Assembly (NCBI GenBank): GCA_951406725.2
Contig: OX597822.1
Coordinates: 43,896,001 to 43,960,000, forward strand
Direction of reading: 5' to 3'
DNA length: 64,000 nucleotides
Source: Octopus vulgaris
Taxonomy: Eukaryota
This document shows, piece by piece, positions 13,285 to 25,907 of this stretch. The notes beneath the pieces were generated by a model. It ran no database searches, was not told the DNA's origin, and was given only the letters and a program-made list of their open reading frames with translations. Position 1 is the first letter of the stretch, and every line of letters begins with the position of its first letter. Position numbers and translations under genes: made by a program.

Positions 13285-13720
13285 GTGAGGAACGTGGCTG
13301 ACCCCACAAACCACATTCCAACACCGAATCCTTTGGTTGACTCTTTGATTTCTCGCTCAAACAGGTTCATTTACTCTCAACACTCTTGTTACAGTCGTCC
13401 ATCTTTTCCGAAAAATTCCGTGCGGCAGGCATCTCCTTTTCATCCTTATTTTCCTTTTCGTATGGAAAAGGAAAAAGTTCACCAACCCAAGACTGGGGAT
13501 TAAAGTGCCTGTCATGACCCCTTTCACTCTCGTCGTCCATACTACCTCCTTCGCGATATCTACGACACAGAGGAAACAAGCCTGCTCTTCCCTATTCAGG
13601 GAAGACGGCTGAACAATCTTAATTATAGACTCGATTGACAGTTTTACTCTTCTCAGGTGCGACACCAGTTGATCGACATAAACGAAATACATAAAACCAT
13701 CTTGATTAAAAGTAAAAAGA
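13285..13720 (-). mobile_element. Tx1/L1-type LINE ORF2 C-terminal fragment with 3' UTR
   Basis: ORF 13357..13743 (IAKEVVWTTRVKG...LVNFFLFHTKRKIRMKR...FRKRW) resembles Tx1-clade C-termini. This is motif recall only. Confidence 0.55.
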
Positions 13721-13944
13721 TGGCGGATATTTGGATCTCGCATGACTTTGTAGTAAGAAGTCTAATTCCAAGCCACATGGTTCTGCTTTCAGTCTCACTG
13801 CGTGGCACCATGGGCAAGTTTTTTGTAATGTAGTCTCGAAACTTCCACAGTGATGAAAATATTGATTTCAATTTTTGACACAAGGCCTGCAATTTCAGGG
13901 TAGGTTGTATGTCGATTAAAATCGAAACATGTACATTTATTATT

Positions 13945-14133
13945 TTGTTCCTTTACTTGTTTCAGTCATTTAACTGCGACCATGTTGGAGCACGGCGTTT
14001 AGTCGAGCGAATCGACTTATTGTTTGTATGCCTAGCACTTATTCTATCGGTCACTTTTTGCAGAACAGCTTATGTTACGGGGACGTGAACACACTAGCAT
14101 CGATTGTCGAGCGATTTAGGGGGAAACACACAG

Positions 14134-14165
<32 letters not shown>

Positions 14166-14323
14166 GATGGGCTTCTTTCAGTTTCCATCTACCTAATCCA
14201 CTTACAAGGCTTTGGTCGGCCCAAGGCTATAGTAGAAGACACTTACCCAAGGTGCCACGCAAAAAGACAGGTACCATATGTTTGGTAGGCAAGCTAGTTA
14301 CCACACAGCTACTCCTGGCACCT
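13945..14323 (-). mobile_element. SINE family A, full length
   Basis: Same head, microsatellite and tail layout as 725..1134. Confidence 0.85.
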
Positions 14324-14344
14324 ATAGTTATGTTTTTCAATTCC

Positions 14345-14828
14345 AAACAGATGAAAGGCGAAGTCAACCTCGGCAGAATTTGAACGCAGAACGTGAAGGC
14401 AGACGAAATACCTATTTCTTTACTACCCACAAGGGGCTAAACACAGAGAGGACATCAAGGAAATACAAACGGATTAAGTCTCTTATATCGACCCCAGTGC
14501 ATAACTGGTACTTAATTTATCGACCCCGAAAGGATGAAAGGCAAAGTCGACCTCGGCGGAATTTGAACTCAGAACGTAGCGTCAGACGAAATACCTATTT
14601 TTTATTACCCACAAGGGGCTAAACATAGAGGGGACAAACAAGAACAGACATAGGTATTAAGTCGATTACATCGACTCCAGTGCGTAACTGGTACTCATTT
14701 AATCGACCCCGAAAGGATGAAAGGCAAAGTCGACCTCGGCGGAATTTGAACTCAGAACGTAGCGTCAGACGAAATACCGTTAAGCGTTTTTCCCCGGTGT
14801 GCTGACGACTCTGCCAGCTCGCCACCTT
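14345..14828 (-). mobile_element. SINE family B head-to-tail trimer
   Basis: Three copies of GATGAAAGGC.AAGTC.ACCTCGGC.GAATTTGAAC at ~185-bp spacing. Confidence 0.88.
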
Positions 14829-15495
14829 CAGTGATGACAACGCGGATGATGAGCAGATGACAATGCTGATGTCGATGTTCCTCATGATGGAATCAACAAG
14901 GATAGCATTTTCATTGTTGTCGCCGTTTGTGTCGTTGTTTGTGCATTTATTGTTCGTAATATTAATTACAATTATCAGTAAATGCTATTGCATCTGTTGT
15001 CGTATTTGTTGTTGGCAATAAAATAAAAAAGTCAAGCTTTTCCACAATTCTCTGTTTCTGTTTTTTTCCTTTTAGAAACAAAAACAAAAGAAACTATTAA
15101 AACAACAACAAAAACACAAACACACAGAGAAATAACAAATCAAATAACGCTGCTGTTAATTGTTCGCCTTTGGTTGTCCTGGTTGTTTTTGTTTCTGCTT
15201 TTTAAGTATGTTGCAAAAAAGATGGACATAACAATGGATATTGTTAACAGACAAATGTTGAAGGAGACCAGTGAAACAACAACAATAACAACAACAACTG
15301 CCATTCAACTTTGCAACAATGTCAACAATAATAATTAACGAACGACAGAACGGCTACCTGGTCGTGTGACGTGCTAAACATGGTAGTCAAAATACTCGTT
15401 AAAAACATATTACCGTCTTAAATATATTCCTATCTTAAATAAACCATATGCCATTCATACATACATACATACATACATACATACATACATACATA

Positions 15496-16158
15496 CGGGA
15501 TGGCTGCCCCCTCGTTATCGAGTGTGGCCATTACACGAAGCTCAACTGTTATTGGTGCTGTGATCGAACGTGACTTTATTTGCTTTTTAAGGCTACAGCC
15601 AGCCATTCAGTTGAGACTCACTGCACCATCAACAATCATAAACAATGTTGTTATCGTGCAATGCCTGTGCAAGAAGATTTTTTTTAAAGTGAGGAAAGGC
15701 TGTGCACTGAGTCAATCCCACTCACTAAGCAACAGCAGCCATAATCCGAAAAGAAGAACAAGTCGACATCATCGGTAACCACTGAGCCGCAGGTTTTATG
15801 TCGAAGTTATTCCAGTTACCTGAGTTATCTTCTCCTAGAAGGATATCCTAACAAAGGCTAGGAGTCCTTCGCTCCCAATGGTTTAACCGCGCGATCGGGT
15901 ATTCAGTCCGATTATTTCTATGTCCCCGCGCATGATACAGCCTTAAGAAAAAAAATACACATTTATTGGATGGCCGTTGATTCTCAAGAGTTCCTCCGCC
16001 TTTTGACGGGTTTTGTTTTTCATCCCGCAGAGTGTCCTATAAACACACTCCTCACCAAGCAAGCTTGGTGGGGTTGCCGGTTTAGTCGCCGACGACCCGA
16101 CCATGCAACAGGTTGAACTGGGTTACATGTTACCAGTAACACTCGAAAGTGACCTGAC
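15496..16158 (-). mobile_element. Probable non-autonomous RTE-type retroposon (5'UTR-like start, RTE-like 3' hairpin, (GTAT)n tail)
   Basis: A GC-richer block bounded by (CATA)n on both sides. The minus 3' end CTCGATAACGAGGGGGCAGCC resembles RTE termini and the 5' end has an HDV-like fold. Single copy in the window. Confidence 0.5.
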
Positions 16159-16190
16159 ATAACATACATACATACATACATACATACCAC

Positions 16191-16764
16191 CTTATACTAC
16201 AAGGAGGATAGCAGAACTCGAAGCAGTCCAACAAAGAAAATTGCATCAATGGAACGACTGAGCTACTGGAACAGATTGAAAGAGCTATGCCCTGCAACGA
16301 AGACGGGAGAGGTATGCAGTGATATATAATTATGGAAGATACTGGAAGGACTGATACCAAACTTTGGAATAGAGAACTATACCAGACCACGAACCTGACG
16401 TCACTATGCTGTCCCTACTGTGCTGTCTCCATTGTGCCGACTACTTCATCTCGGGCAAGGACGATGTACGGCAATAGCTTGGGTTTCAAGGACCCACAGC
16501 TGTTTAAATGTCTGCCGAAGCATCTGAAGAGCCTCCATGGAGTGGATGTAGAAGTTTTCAAATGTGAACTTGACCTCTGGCTCGCCGAGATCCCGGATGA
16601 GCCAATATCTAAGCAAGAAACTCAAAAGAGGGCAGTATCATCGAACTCCATCCTTCACCAAAAGCCGCTCCGACAAAGGTGGAAAGTGGAAAGATGATCA
16701 CAATGGCGGTGCTCCAGCATGGCCACAGTCTTTGGACTGAAACATATAAAAGAATAAAAGAATA
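16191..16764 (+). mobile_element. CR1-group LINE 3' fragment (decayed)
   Basis: Peptide NSLGFKDPQLFKCLPKHLKSLHGVDVEVFKCELDLWLAEIPDEP is homologous to ORF 51960..52529. The tail ends in (ATAAAAGA)2. Confidence 0.85.
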
Positions 16765-16819
16765 CATACATACAGAGACAAGCAGAAACAAGGAAAATGC
16801 CCTTTGTATTTGAATTTTT

Positions 16820-17128
16820 TATGCCCCCCCCTTTTCAAGCCTAGCCAGGCTCATGGGCCCGGTTTCCCGGTTTCTATGGCGTATGTATTCCCCCCAGCTG
16901 GACGGGACTCCAGTCCATTGCAGCGTTACTCAAGAAACAGGAAGAAAGAGTGAGAGAAAGTTGTGGCGAAAGAGTACAACAGGGGTCGCCACCATCCCCT
17001 TCCGGAGCCTCGTGGAGCTTTAGGTGTTTTCGCTCAATAAACACACACAACACCCGGTCTGGGAATCGAAACCGCGATCCTCCGACCGCGAGTTCGCTGC
17101 CCTAACCACTGGGCCATTGCGCCTCCAC
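16820..17128 (-). mobile_element. SINE family C with tail 2
   Basis: Head GGAGGCGCAATGGCCCAGTGG...GGTTTCGATTCCC and tail ATGGACTGGAGTCCCGTCCAG...AGAAACCGGGAAACCGG. Confidence 0.85.
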
Positions 17129-17589
17129 TTGTATTTGAATACTATGCAGATATTCTTTTCAAAAAACGTTTCATTTAAAGTTTCCAAAAGTTATATATAT
17201 ATTGTTGTGTCTGGGGACAGTCATTTTCTTTTAGTACCTTATCAGTTAACACACGCACCGGTAAAGTTTCTACTCGTTTACTAATTTTTTCCCTAAAATT
17301 TTCGTTGGGTCTTGCAACATTTTCAATAGTCGTTGACTCTGTTCATTATCCGAGCTGCGTCCTTTTTGATTGTGTGTGCACATGTGTGTGGGTCAGTGTG
17401 TGTGCGCATACGCATGTATGTATGTATGTATGTATGTATGCATGCATGAATGCTTGTAAGTGTGCGTATGTATGCGTGTGTGGGTGGGATTGCATGTGTG
17501 TGCGTACCTGTTTCCTTTGTGTGCATGTCTGAGTGTGTCTGTGTATAAGTTTTTGTGACTATGTAATACATATATGTAATGTATATATG

Positions 17590-17652
<63 letters not shown>

Positions 17653-17721
17653 CACACACACATATATATGTATATATGTATATGTACATATGTATGTATA
17701 TATATATGTATATGTATATAT

Positions 17722-17878
17722 AGGAGTGACTGTGTGGTAACTACCTTGCTTACCAACCACATGGTTCTGGGTTCAGTCCCACTACGTGGCACCTTGGGCA
17801 AGTGTCTTCTACTATAGCCTCAGGTCGACCAAAGCCTTGTTAGTCGATTTGGTAGACGGAAACTGAAAAACAACCGTC

Positions 17879-17880
<2 letters not shown>
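17722..17880 (+). mobile_element. SINE family A head
   Basis: AGGAGTGACTGTGTGG...GGTTCAGTCCC...CCTTGGGCAAGTGTCTT. Confidence 0.85.
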
Positions 17881-17939
<59 letters not shown>

Positions 17940-18021
17940 TTGGCATAATGGATATATATATAAACCACATGGTTGCAGTATCAGTCCCACTGCGTGGCAG
18001 CTGGTGTGAGTGTCTGCTTAA

Positions 18022-18092
18022 TTTCCTTTCTGTTGAAAAGCTTACGCTCGAAACGTAAGATTTTTCTCACCTTCCCAAGCATTAAACTAATA
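18022..18092 (+). mobile_element. Penelope-type repeat with hammerhead motif (CTGTTGA family)
   Basis: ttt-CTGTTGA-AAAGC-ttac-GCTC-GAAA-CG-TA-aga. Homologous to the copies at 21153, 51712 and 62490. Confidence 0.65.
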
Positions 18093-18151
18093 TATATACA
18101 TACATACATGCATGCATACATACATACATACATACATACATGCATGCATAC

Positions 18152-18188
<37 letters not shown>

Positions 18189-18475
18189 CGAACATATAAA
18201 CACATACATTGTCTAATAACGGAAGGGATACCGTATTTTCTTATGCAACTACCAAGTATATTAAAGTATCGAATTATAATTCAATACTCTGCCCTGCCGG
18301 TGTTAGCAGTGCCATTAATCAATTTTTTAAGTTGTTTCTACAGATTTTCAAAAGAAATTTGAGCTAGCACTGATAGTAACGGCGTTTCCAATACATACAT
18401 ACATACATACATACATACATACATACATACATACACACATACATGCATACATACATACATACATGCATACATACA

Positions 18476-18511
<36 letters not shown>

Positions 18512-18968
18512 TATATATAAGCACACGCCAATAAGTATAATATATATAACTGTATATGTAAATTGCTTATATATAGATATATATATATACACACTCACAT
18601 TCACACACCCACACATACACACGCACATATGCACACACGCACACAAACACACACATATGCGCTTGTATACGCACACATGAGCCATATTAATTTCGCGCCA
18701 TGTCAGTTTCCTGACTGTAGTTACGATGAATGTTCCGAGTTGTTGATACCGATCATGTCGCATAGCCGGAGGACCACTTTAGCTTCGAATTATTCATTAT
18801 GAGATGGTCATTATCGGAGGTTCTGGCTGGCAATCTTCATATCCGTCGGCATATGACGCAGCCCACCTAATATGATTTAATTAGTTCGGTATAAGAATAT
18901 CTAGAGTCTTGTTCTTCAATAAATAATTTTCTTCAATATAACCTCATTTCACTTAGAGGGTGTATATA

Positions 18969-19001
<33 letters not shown>

Positions 19002-19059
19002 CTATTTATATACACATGTATGTATATATATACGTGTATATATATGTATATATACTTAT

Positions 19060-19105
<46 letters not shown>

Positions 19106-19144
19106 GTATGTATATATATACGTGTATATATATGTATATATACT

Positions 19145-19184
<40 letters not shown>

Positions 19185-19203
19185 CGTATATATATATACA
19201 TAC

Positions 19204-19245
<42 letters not shown>

Positions 19246-19944
19246 TCAAACATACACACGCACACACACGTATATATATACAACAGTATATAAAAAATAC
19301 ATAATGTAATATATTTTATACATAGCATATATACAATATATTATAATGTAATATTAACACACACACACACTTATATATATATATGCACATATATACATAT
19401 ATGCACCTATATATACATGTTATATATATATATATATATAGATGTGTGTTTTTATATAGATATACACATATTTATATATATGCATACATATGTAAGTATA
19501 TATACATATCTATCTGCTCACACACGCACACATACACATTTATGAAAGTTGCACTGTACTAACATCGGGTATATACGTCGTTGTTCCGCTGGCTAGAAAT
19601 AGCAGCTATCTTCTAGAGGCTTCTGATTTTAGGGTAAATATTTTGCTCTTCCATCATATAATAGTTTCGAATCTTAAACCGGGTAATAGGTGGCTTTGCC
19701 GTTTCAGAGGATTGCTCTCAATATCACAACGTTTCAATTGCGAACCAGGTGGGTAGAGGCTGCGTTGTGTTCTGGGGATAATACTTCATTTCGAGTTCCT
19801 CGGTTCGAGTGAGATGCAAACTAGTAATCCGGCGCCGGATTTGCGTTCCGTTGGGTTTGCGGGAATTTAGCGATATCTGTTAGTGAAACGCTTTGGGTAC
19901 AACTAACCAACCCTATAAGTTGTAGCACTCATGACAGTAATGTC

Positions 19945-20015
19945 CAGCTGATGATAGTGATGATGGTGATGATGATGATGATGAAGAAGAGGATGATGAT
20001 GATAATGATGATGAC

Positions 20016-20066
<51 letters not shown>

Positions 20067-20095
20067 AATGATGAAGGTGATGGTGAGGATGATGG

Positions 20096-20139
<44 letters not shown>

Positions 20140-20435
20140 GTGGTGATGATGATGATGATGATGAGGCGGAGGAGGTGGAGAAACACGGTGTAGGAGGAGG
20201 GGAAGAGAAGGAGTGAAGAATCGGTGGAGGTAGATGGAGAGGAGCTGAAGGAGAGAGGAGGGGAGGAGGGAGGAGTTGGAGGAGTTGGAGGAGGATGATG
20301 ATAATGGTAGTGGTGATGATGATGAGAAGGAGGTGGAGGAGAATAATGGTGAAAATGATGATGATGAGGGGGAGTGGAGGTTGTGGAAGAGGTGGAGGAG
20401 AATGATGAGAAGGATGGTGCTGAATATGATGATGG
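19945..20435. repeat. (GAT)n grading into (GGA)n low-complexity tract
   Basis: Directly visible. Confidence 0.95.
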
Positions 20436-21152
20436 TACGTCCTTGAGCAAAGACACTTCATCCACATTGTTCTGGCGTACTCAACTGCAAACGAGTACCA
20501 ACCGACTACTGATGTAGACATGGGGACGGATGTCATGTACTCGATTCTTCTACAGTCCCAAGACTTGATGGAACCACAAGACCTGGAAACAAATGTTAAT
20601 GGTGCACACATCATAGAAAAGGCCAGATGCAGAAATGAGGAAAACGTTTGAAAAGAATTTGAAATTGAGCACCACGGTTTTCGTTATATAAGCGTATGAT
20701 AGGAAGGCTGTCCCATATATGTATACGTGTGTAACTGTGTGTATGTGTGTATATATACATACATATATACATGCATACATACATAGATACATACATATAT
20801 ATAAGGAATGTTTTAACGAAGTCACGTCTTGTTCCAAACTTCGAACGCGGGGTAGATAAAACAAGGGACAACTAATGAAGGGATTGTTCTGTATGTTGCC
20901 TGTCTCGTTTCTCCATTTGTTTTTTTCCTTGTCCGGAAAAAAGTTCGTTTTCCATGTTTTTGCTTTTTATGTTCTCGTTTTTCATTTTGTTCGCGGATTT
21001 TTGACCCCGTGTAACCATATATGCATGTATACAAACATATATATGTAGGTATGTACATATATGTATGTATATATCCAGATATATATATATATATTATTTG
21101 TATTATATATATATTATATTATATATATATATTATATATATATATATATATA

Positions 21153-21305
21153 TAGTTGAAATTTATAGAAAAACAAAATACGAAGACAGGTGTATGAGCA
21201 AAAAGCAAGTGTATTAGTTTGATGCTCGAGGAAAAGGATAAAGACTTTTATGTTTCGAGCCTACGCTCTCCAACAGAAAGGAATAAAAGGAAATAAACAG
21301 AGAGA
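21153..21305 (-). mobile_element. Penelope-type hammerhead repeat (CTGTTGA family)
   Basis: The minus strand reads cttt-CTGTTGG-A-GAGC-gtag-GCTC-GAAA-CA-TA-aaag. It aligns over ~150 bp with 51712..51865. Confidence 0.7.
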
Positions 21306-21438
21306 ATGATGAAGGGGAATTGTCCTTGTATTGTTTGTCCTGTACTCTGTTTTTTCGTTGTTAAAAAAAAGTCCGTTTCCTTGTTTGATTTTATGTTTTC
21401 GTTTCTCGTTATGTTCTACGTTTATTTGTGGTGTCCTT

Positions 21439-21499
<61 letters not shown>

Positions 21500-21788
21500 G
21501 CATGTATATATACATATAGATGTAAGTATGAACATATATGTATGTATATATGCATATATTTTATTTATTTATTATATTGTTATTATATGACCGAACGCAC
21601 GCGTTGTTTCTCTACTCCAAATAAGTTTATATATATATATATATATATTACGGAGATGTACTCGCATAGCAAGTGATTTGATCTGAGATCGTGTGCTGAA
21701 ACGAAAATAATTTCAGCGTGGAAGGTGTTTGTAAGCCATTTAAGAAACACAAAAAAGCCGTTCGATTCACTTCAACATTTAAGTTTAA

Positions 21789-21838
21789 TTTGTCAAAATA
21801 TTTTCGTCGCTAAAATCCGCGACCTGTTCACTGACAAA
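21789..21838 (-). ncRNA. Minimal type I hammerhead ribozyme with swapped G3:C8 core
   Basis: TTTGTCA-GTGAACA-G-GTCGC-ggatttta-GCGAC-GAAA-ATAT-TT-TGACAAA: perfect 7-bp stem I, 5-bp stem II and palindromic stem III (AATATT). Confidence 0.75.
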
Positions 21839-22051
21839 AGTCCGTGCTGCATCTGATGGTATCCTTACGGATAATAATAGCAGAAACTGAATCAGTACAT
21901 GGATAAGTATTGTATTTCGTATATTTTCACTTGTTTATTGCTTGGGTTTGTGTTGAGTTTGATTTGAGAACATAATCTTTTGTGGAGAATGGCGATTTGA
22001 CGTCTATATCTAGCATGTTGACTGTCCACTTTTCGTGTTCAGTCCTTAATT

Positions 22052-22103
<52 letters not shown>

Positions 22104-22196
22104 CATACATACACACACCTATATATATATATATATGTATGTATATATATATGTATATATATCTTATATTCACTTTCATCCATGTATGCCTACTTG

Positions 22197-22237
<41 letters not shown>

Positions 22238-22479
22238 ATATGTGTATGCGTGCGCGCACGTGTGTGTATGCCTGTGTGTGTGCATCTCAGTGTGCATAAG
22301 TGTATATGTGTACTTGTTCTTATGAATGTAAGGACACATACACACTTTTACCTAAACAGAGAGATAGGCAGCGAGATAGGTAGACCGATATAATGATAAA
22401 TAGATGGACGGACATGTTTACTTATATTTGTGGGGGACCATTTATACATAATTCTCCTTGGTAAACCGAACGTTTTTTC

Positions 22480-23340
22480 TTTTATGCAGGCACCTAATAT
22501 TACAACTGTTTGTGTTACTTGATACTGAGAGAACTAGATCTGATTGACTATATAATGACTGGCTACTGTACGATGCATTTAGAATATCTATTATAAGGTT
22601 CTATGAGTATATTGGGCGAGCATTACTTTATCAGGAGCTTGCTTCTGGTGACGAGAAATGGATAATATTTAGATTGTTCTGTCTTGCGATATCGCTAGCT
22701 ATTTTATGATGTCGAGTATCTCATTATACACATAAGAATCTCTTATTCGAATTTCTCCTTATTCGAATTTAAGGATTTGGGGTGATCAATCCAAATATGC
22801 TTTCCCTGTGTTTTCAGAAAGCTAGGACAAAGTCGTGAATTTAATTTGTTTTTTAACCTGACTGAGTTTGGATGTTGTTCATAACCGTCTTTGAAGGTAC
22901 TTTCTGTAAGTTCCTATAGAAGACGTTCTGCAAGTTTTATATATTTCAACGTTGGCGCGGTATGATTTTCCAAGCTAGAAGATTGAAAGATATCTGACGT
23001 TACAAGTTCATTTGATGGGAGTGAAGTTATCATTGTGTGTTCCTTAAGTTGTCGCATGAGCTTTGGGAAGCAATGATCCAGGTTAGATGGACAAGAAGAG
23101 CTCATCTTAACCTTGTTAATTTGAAGTAATTGTTGCATGCATTCGTAAAGCGGAAATACTGGAAGCGATGATCGAAAGTATTATACCTTTGGCGTTAACA
23201 GAAAAACTTCGTTTTAGGCAATTTCCATTTGACCTTTCTATATACCTATGCAGCCTGCATGGAGCGAGCCTGCATATACATAATAAATGATGCACTATCA
23301 GCACTGAGAGTTCAAAATTTGATACATTTGAAGTAGCTTT
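22480..23340 (-). mobile_element. Old Penelope-like element remnant (GIY-YIG region)
   Basis: Minus peptides LDHCFPK and LTESTFKDGYEQHPNSVRLKNK resemble the PLE consensus YIGLTExTFKxRYxxHxxSFR. Confidence 0.6.
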
Positions 23341-23391
23341 CATTACATTATTTACATTTGACGGATATATGTCCACATCTTCTTTGTTGTT

Positions 23392-23437
23392 AACACAACG
23401 TTTCGGTTGGTATACCCTTCAGACTTCATCAGGCGTC
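23392..23437 (-). ncRNA. Minimal type I hammerhead (canonical core, stem II mutated)
   Basis: GACGC-CTGATGA-A-GTCTG...CAACC-GAAA-CG-TT-GTGTT. The sister copy at 62700..62745 has stem II GGCTG/CAGCT but core CTGATAA. Confidence 0.7.
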
Positions 23438-23500
23438 TTGGGGGCAAATTTCGAACCTGGGTTCTCATTCCTAAGATATTTTTCGATGTTATTATTATCC

Positions 23501-23930
<430 letters not shown>

Positions 23931-24484
23931 GAGTGAGAGAGCAGTTCATGCCATCAAAGTGACACTGGGGTAAAATATATGAAGCCCAATATACCCATCA
24001 TGACTACCCGTCTGATAAGGGTACACCAGGCAAATGCATCACAACCATATGTGCGCGACATGGTGATCTCATATCAAGATAAACAGCACATGACCTTGCA
24101 GGTGGGGCCCAGTTAGAATTTTCTTCAGGTTGAGTAGCCCATCCCACTCAAACGGTACCTGAATAAGGGTTGTTTAAGGATGTTGAAAGAACCACCCATG
24201 TTTCCAGAGGTGAATTATTCAAACCCCAAAGAATCCTTCTCAACACATGGCTATGATGCTCCCCCACTACTTCTGCTCGTGATCAGAGATGCACATATCG
24301 TCAGCCACTAAGGGACATGCTCAACTGGTTAAGGTCAAACAACTGACAAGCAAATCTGTGGTATTGAGCAGAATATTTGCTGTAGCCCATCTTTTATACC
24401 AAGACAAAACAATGTACATGATAACACTTCCAATCAGTTAAGATCAGAAGCCATGAGAGCCACTGCCTGGTACTGCATCAGGTC

Positions 24485-24486
<2 letters not shown>
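23931..24486 (-). mobile_element. Non-coding retroposon segment (probable LINE 3' UTR) embedded in (AAT)n
   Basis: (ATT)n lies on both sides. A shorter copy at 43881..44020 shares the same left boundary, consistent with 5' truncation on the minus strand. Confidence 0.7.
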
Positions 24487-24558
<72 letters not shown>

Positions 24559-25019
24559 TCACTGCCTGGAATCGAACTCGGAATCTTCGGTTTAGTAGCC
24601 CGTGCTCTTAACCAATAGGCCATATACCCGTGGGCATATGCCCGTCAATATCCGTCAAATGTAAATAATGTAAATAATGTACGTAATTCCTCATCTCTTA
24701 AATATAGAACTGCTTTAAAATAGCATTGAGCCAATGTATTTTAAAATCTGTTATTTGTTTTTTCACAGAGCACCTCTATTGCTTGAAGTATACATAGTTA
24801 CATTCTCTCACTCTTCCTGTCTCTCTGTCTCTGTCTGTCTCTATCTCTCTTTCGGTATGGCGTAATTAAACTTACGTATCTTATTAATTGCCCTACGTGC
24901 CGCAAACCCTCACAGGTTTCTGTAAATCTTAGCGTTTTCTTTCCTTTGGTCTTCTTATATCTGGGATGGCAAATTCGACCGATAGTGTATGCAGGCATTA
25001 AATAATACAACATATTCCA

Positions 25020-25239
25020 CAGGGGGTGATGTGGAAAAGTTCCTGTCTTTGCGTAAAAGGAAATACAGGAGGATTAGTGAATTAGGGTTTTATTCAGCAT
25101 ATTACCTCCTCAGATTCACACACGTAGTGAATCGGTCCTTCAGTTTAACTTTGCCCTCTGAAAGAACTCGGAACTTTAGCCTCTAACAAGGCCTTCTACG
25201 TCAGTTTTAAAGGCAGGAACTTTCAGTATTTCCTCGTAT
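25020..25239. mobile_element. Mariner-derived MITE (second, inverted copy at ~38935..39106)
   Basis: Imperfect TIRs AAAGTTCCTGTCTTT / AAAGGCAGGAACTTT. The internal TTTTATTCAGCATATT..CTCAGATTCACAC is mirrored at 39025-39056. Confidence 0.65.
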
Positions 25240-25329
25240 GATCAAATTAATCATGTATATAAGAATATATTCACTCAGTTCTCTGTCGGAACGATTGTAT
25301 TCTTCACATCGGTTCCCAAAAATGATTAC

Positions 25330-25545
25330 TGGCAAGTTCACCACCATCAATTCACCGTAGCGAAAGTTCACCGCCATCAACTTACTGTGAGGAAAGTTCA
25401 TCACGAGGAAAGTTTACTGAGAAAATATACCGATAATATCTCACAATTAGTTGTTAAAAACTATTTTATTGGAAGAAAAAGAACACTGCGAATTGATGGT
25501 GGTGAATTTTCCCTGCTGTGAATTGATGACTGTGAAGATTCCTAT
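25330..25545. repeat. Small foldback element built from ~15-bp subrepeats
   Basis: The left arm repeats (A/G)TTCACC and the right arm repeats GTGAATT, with an AT-rich spacer. Confidence 0.55.
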
Positions 25546-25907
25546 GAATATTGTTGTCGACATCAAAATAGATCTGATTGTATTTATTTGAAAATCCGTT
25601 TGCAACTAACCCTGTACTGAGTATCGTTGAAGAAGACCTGGAATTCTCCGCAAATACTGCATTAATCGCACAACGACCAAGGAGGACTCTGATCCTTACC
25701 AAGACGAATTATTCTTAAAATCTAACTGATGATCTCACACCTATATTCATACATACACACCTGCTCAGAGTGATGTATACACTTGTCCAGAGTGTCGCAC
25801 ACACTTGTACAAAGTACCACACACTGGGATTGTACTTGCAATCACGTCCTCGCAAAGTGACCTTCAAAACAATACAGCCACGCTAAATATATATATATAT
25901 ATATATA

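Noticed and set aside
14345-14828. CRISPR-like repeat-spacer array
   Set aside because: Whole ~185-bp units are repeated without unique spacers. This is a eukaryotic SINE multimer and no cas genes are present.
18690-18875. GC-richer island as an exon
   Set aside because: Stops occur in the frames checked. Faint HIRWA.. similarity suggests an old RTE remnant, too weak to annotate.
19913-20614. 233-aa Ser/Pro/His-rich ORF
   Set aside because: Mostly the translation of (ATC)n/(TCC)n. Only the short unique part is kept as a weak exon candidate.
24554-24633. tRNA gene calls for this and the other A/B-box sequences
   Set aside because: No complete cloverleaf or acceptor stem. They run into repeat bodies and are SINE heads.
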